From Candidatus Micrarchaeota archaeon (lineage in GTDB: Archaea > Micrarchaeota > Micrarchaeia > Micrarchaeales > CABMGC01), in contig DAHXKV010000055.1 in assembly GCA_027366155.1 (NCBI GenBank), positions 1-50,209 of the forward strand: DNA of 50,209 nt, read 5' to 3'. A program made the position numbers and the translations under genes. The notes beneath the pieces were generated by a model. That model did no database searches. It saw nothing but the letters and a program-made list of their open reading frames with translations, and was not told the origin of the DNA. Positions 46,994 to 50,209 of the stretch are shown piece after piece (positions within the stretch are counted from its first letter, which is position 1; every line of letters begins with the position of its first letter).

Positions 46994-49900
46994 CTACATA
47001 TACCTTCCTAGGTTGAACTGTCCACTTGTGTTCATACTCATCTGCTCCATCGGATCTGCAAATATGCTCGATATCTCTGTCCTTACCAAGAGGAGCCTCT
47101 GCCTTATATACGCGTCAAGGGAGTACCTCTCCGCAAGCCCAATCGCCATCTCTAGGTATTTCTCTATGCCCGCCTTGGATATGGTGAGGAGAAGCCTACC
47201 TGAGTCCCTGCTGCACTTGCCCGAGAGCGGCACCCTCCTGTACTTTGTATTGCACGAAGAGCACCTGAACGACTGTTTGGAGAAAGAATGGAGATTTCCT
47301 ATCAGGTCAGGGATAAAGTGGCTTACTATAAGCTTGCGCGCAGCGTCAGGCTTGTCTATCGCGCATATCTTGTCCATGAGCTCAAACTCCCCGTCTACCT
47401 TCTCCTGCATAGTCTTGAAGAGTGTATATTGGCTTTTTTTAGGCGAGTTCGCTATTGCCACCGATGAAGACCCGTGCGAAAACAAAAGCCCCTCATAAAC
47501 GCTTTCCTTTCCCAGCCTCCGTTCCACTATCTCCAGGTCTGCCTCGGCAGGGTATGCGTATGCGAATGTCTTCTCGTAGAACTCCAGCCCGTAATCCTCC
47601 AGCACTTCCATCGCATGTGCCTCGTCGTCTATCTCTTCTGGGAGCAGGTTGACTGAGAGCACAAGCGGCGCGTCCATGCTCCCTCCAACACTTGTCGGAA
47701 GGAATTCCCTAGAAAAGTTGACCAGAGCATCGAGGAGCAGCATGGTACTGTCCTCGTCCCCGTCGCAATTTCTGCGCCTTGCGGATATGGTATATGGGTG
47801 CGAGAGCCCCACATTCGCATCAGTGTAGCCTATTATCCTGTTAAGCACACCGCAAGAAGTGTGTGGCGAAAGCGTTATTACAAGATGGCCGATAAGGTCT
47901 CCTGGATCTGTTGCAGAGTAAAACGGCGCGCCTCCATACATGTACTCAAGCATCTGGTCGACAGCCCTGGATACCCTGAGGAGATAAGTCCCTCCTTTCC
48001 TGCTAAGTACGGCATCCTGGTGCTTCATCTCCACGAGCTGACTGCCGCTAGTCAATTCAACCCCTCGGTAATCCTTTGTGTATCCAAGCTCCCGGAGCCT
48101 CTCGATGCTGGTGCCTATCTCCTCCGGATAAAAATGCGTCATCGGAACGTCTGTTGCATCGAACCTCGAGGTGCCGTCCTTGAATATGTACACCCCATTG
48201 TTTGCACGTATTATCCCTTTTTCTATGGGTTCAACAACCCTATCTCTATTCATCATCATCTTGACCCCCTTCATTGTGGGAGGGAGCCTGCTCGTTCCTA
48301 TTCTTTTCATGGCAGACCCGACAAGCCTTACTATATCGATGTTGCGCTCTTCGTAGGCTGTCGTCTTCGCCTTGCATATCCTGCACTCGCCAGACATTGA
48401 CGGCTCTTTGCATACCGAACATTTCCTATAAAGAGCCGCTGCCTTGTCACAGTCATAGCAATAAGCAGAATCTATCGTCCTTTTGCAGGAAGAGCACGTG
48501 TATGATGCAATCTCTACCTTTGCCTCTGACTTGAGTTTCTTGGAATCGTTTGCGAACGCTTTCGACAAATTCCTTTCATTGCCTCCATACGGGCCTATCG
48601 GGAAAAGGACATTGGGCGCAGGCTTCATGAGACGCTCCCGCGCCTTTTCCGGCCTTCCTATCCTGGCGCCTATGAACGTAGACCTCTTCGGTATATTTAT
48701 CGCTGAAACTGAATTGATGAGAACCAGTGGCTCGGCTCCCTGGTAATCCAGATAAGTCTTTATCGTTGAAGCTGTCCCTGCCTTCTCTCCAGACGCTGAG
48801 TAAAATCCAAGCGAAACGGCAAGCGCCCTTGCATAGTCCGCCTCCACGACGATGGACTCGCCTTCCAGATCGTGCGTGACATTGAGCCTTTCAAGCAGTT
48901 CCTTGATGTCTGCAGACATCGGCATGCGCAGCCTTTCTATGGAATCAAGCATCGGATGCCCGTCAAGCAGCGGGCCCACCGTAGAAGCAAGCAAGCAGAG
49001 TTCTTTTGGGCTAGCCGCCTGGAACTCGAACAGGAACTTGGGATGCATTGGGATCTTATATAGTACGGAGAGCCTGAAAGCCTCGTTAAAACTGATATTC
49101 TCCCTGCTTATCTTTTCCTTGCTCGAAGCGAACAGCTGGCCCTCCCAGAGCTCCTCCACGTAGCTTGAAGGCTGCAGCTGCGTGTTTGATTTCTTGAAGT
49201 CTCCGTAAGTTACCAGGATGTCTCCCAGGGAGACTATCTTCGAGACCTCCCCTTTTAATCTCATGGCGCTCTCGGCCTCGCTTATCCTCAGCGCACGCCC
49301 GCTTCGCAGAACCACGAAAGGGCCCTCGATGCTATCCACTGGAACCGCAACGCAGCCCTTGCCTGGGAACTCTATCTTCAGCTGTGTGCCTGTTGCTATA
49401 AAGCCGTCTGCTATTATCATGGTTGCAGGGCTGAATCCTTTAGAAGCTATCCCTGTGAACCTGCTTCTCCCGTAGCGCAGCCTTAAGCCCCCTACCTTTC
49501 CGGGATACGCGAGAATAGGTCTTCCTGCGACCAGCTCCTCAAGGAAAACGGAGGTATCGTCCTTCTTTTCGCTCTCGGATTTCTTTACTGTGGCCTTTAT
49601 CACTTTGGCAAGCCATCCCCAGTCAAGCCCAACTCCTCCTGTCTCCTTGAGCATCTTCTTTGCTTTTTGCGCTATTCCCTCGCATACAACCAGGGATATA
49701 CCTCCCCTGACTCTGTTAGTAACGTTTATCTCCTCCCCATTGGCTCCTATCTTCTTGAGGTTTCCATGTACGCTTACCTCTATTGACTCGGTAGGTACGC
49801 CGTCTATGCATATCGGGCAGTTTTCAACGATGGTCCTTATGTCATCATCAGGCGGCCTGTACTGAAGCCTTGCGGCCCGGGTATGGTAAAGTTCGGCTTC

Positions 49901-50092
49901 TTCCACATATCTCTCTATCTCGTCCTTCGTTGGCTTGTATACATCTATACTGAACAACTTCCTGCAGTAGTCTGCAAGCGCGACAGAGAGCGCGGCGGCA
50001 GTGCCTCCCGCCCCGCGTATGGGCCCAGCGTATGATATCGCCAAGTAAGACGTGCCGTCCTGGTTCTTGTACATTTCTATCCCGTGTATCCC
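46994..50092 (-). CDS. polC: DNA polymerase D large subunit DP2, N-terminally truncated at a junction
   Basis: Motifs YAGPIRGAGGTA, RLRYGRSR, RIGRPEK, KDGTSRFD, catalytic RRNCDGDED and C-terminal CSSC..YRRVP. Homology ends near 50092. Confidence 0.95.
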   Translation of the reverse strand, partial: GIHGIEMYKNQDGTSYLAISYAGPIRGAGGTAAALSVALADYCRKLFSIDVYKPTKDEIERYVEEAELYHTRAARLQYRPPDDDIRTIVENCPICIDGVPTESIEVSVHGNLKKIGANGEEINVTNRVRGGISLVVCEGIAQKAKKMLKETGGVGLDWGWLAKVIKATVKKSESEKKDDTSVFLEELVAGRPILAYPGKVGGLRLRYGRSRFTGIASKGFSPATMIIADGFIATGTQLKIEFPGKGCVAVPVDSIEGPFVVLRSGRALRISEAESAMRLKGEVSKIVSLGDILVTYGDFKKSNTQLQPSSYVEELWEGQLFASSKEKISRENISFNEAFRLSVLYKIPMHPKFLFEFQAASPKELCLLASTVGPLLDGHPMLDSIERLRMPMSADIKELLERLNVTHDLEGESIVVEADYARALAVSLGFYSASGEKAGTASTIKTYLDYQGAEPLVLINSVSAINIPKRSTFIGARIGRPEKARERLMKPAPNVLFPIGPYGGNERNLSKAFANDSKKLKSEAKVEIASYTCSSCKRTIDSAYCYDCDKAAALYRKCSVCKEPSMSGECRICKAKTTAYEERNIDIVRLVGSAMKRIGTSRLPPTMKGVKMMMNRDRVVEPIEKGIIRANNGVYIFKDGTSRFDATDVPMTHFYPEEIGTSIERLRELGYTKDYRGVELTSGSQLVEMKHQDAVLSRKGGTYLLRVSRAVDQMLEYMYGGAPFYSATDPGDLIGHLVITLSPHTSCGVLNRIIGYTDANVGLSHPYTISARRRNCDGDEDSTMLLLDALVNFSREFLPTSVGGSMDAPLVLSVNLLPEEIDDEAHAMEVLEDYGLEFYEKTFAYAYPAEADLEIVERRLGKESVYEGLLFSHGSSSVAIANSPKKSQYTLFKTMQEKVDGEFELMDKICAIDKPDAARKLIVSHFIPDLIGNLHSFSKQSFRCSSCNTKYRRVPLSGKCSRDSGRLLLTISKAGIEKYLEMAIGLAERYSLDAYIRQRLLLVRTEISSIFADPMEQMSMNTSGQFNLGRYM

Positions 50093-50209
50093 CCATATAC
50101 GGGGACAACCCCATAATGCCCAGCAGGAAGGACTCGCTTGTGATAGACGAGGTGCCCGACATACTCCACATGGGCCACCTGCACAAGAATGGCTATGCGG
50201 AGTACCACG
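50089..50209 (+). CDS. polB: Fragment of DNA polymerase D small subunit DP1 (C-terminal phosphoesterase region), inverted relative to DP2
   Basis: Plus-strand translation SPIYGDNPIMPSRKDSLVIDEVPDILHMGHLHKNGYAEYH matches the DP1 pattern (RHL)SP.YG...P...D.LVI...PDI.H.GH.H. Confidence 0.8.

Noticed and set aside
49848..50186. 112-aa minus-strand ORF as a frameshifted DP2 N-terminus
   Set aside because: Not DP2-like. Its first part is the antisense of the DP1 fragment and the rest is an off-frame reading of DP2.

Overview
Gene-dense archaeal chromosome segment, most likely from a DPANN archaeon of the Micrarchaeota type. That placement is an inference from the split Rpo2 and Rpo1, PolD, MCM, AglB, bacterial-type RpiB and MetRS, short TATA-proximal leaders and divergent informational proteins. 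The backbone is housekeeping: gltX (5'-partial), rpiB, DRG GTPase, RNase P proteins, SSB, beta-CASP nuclease, ADP-forming acyl-CoA ligase, trpS, the rpoH-B''-B'-A'-A'' operon, metG, mcm, geranylgeranyl reductase, aglB, GT4, prepilin peptidase, mre11, tRNA-Gln(TTG), proS, cmk, rpl14e, a class III aminotransferase and PolD DP2. An accessory-looking block (about 19.2-29.5 kb) follows rpoA'' where L30e/nusA/S12/S7 usually lie. It encodes a variant-motif Fic/HEAT-repeat protein, a HAD hydrolase, a small orphan, an RHH fused to an apparently inactive nucleotidyltransferase domain, a cupin, a 2H phosphoesterase and a GNAT. Several of these share basic, A/S/T-rich N-terminal extensions and an Arg near the C-terminus, which makes them a candidate exported-effector set (inference only). 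Other notable points are a tail-anchored tandem winged-helix protein, a strongly divergent RNA polymerase bridge helix, several promoter palindromes, and an inverted DP2/DP1 junction at the right end that is probably a chimera. I saw no CRISPR array, rRNA, integrase or transposase. All family calls come from motif recognition, not database searches.
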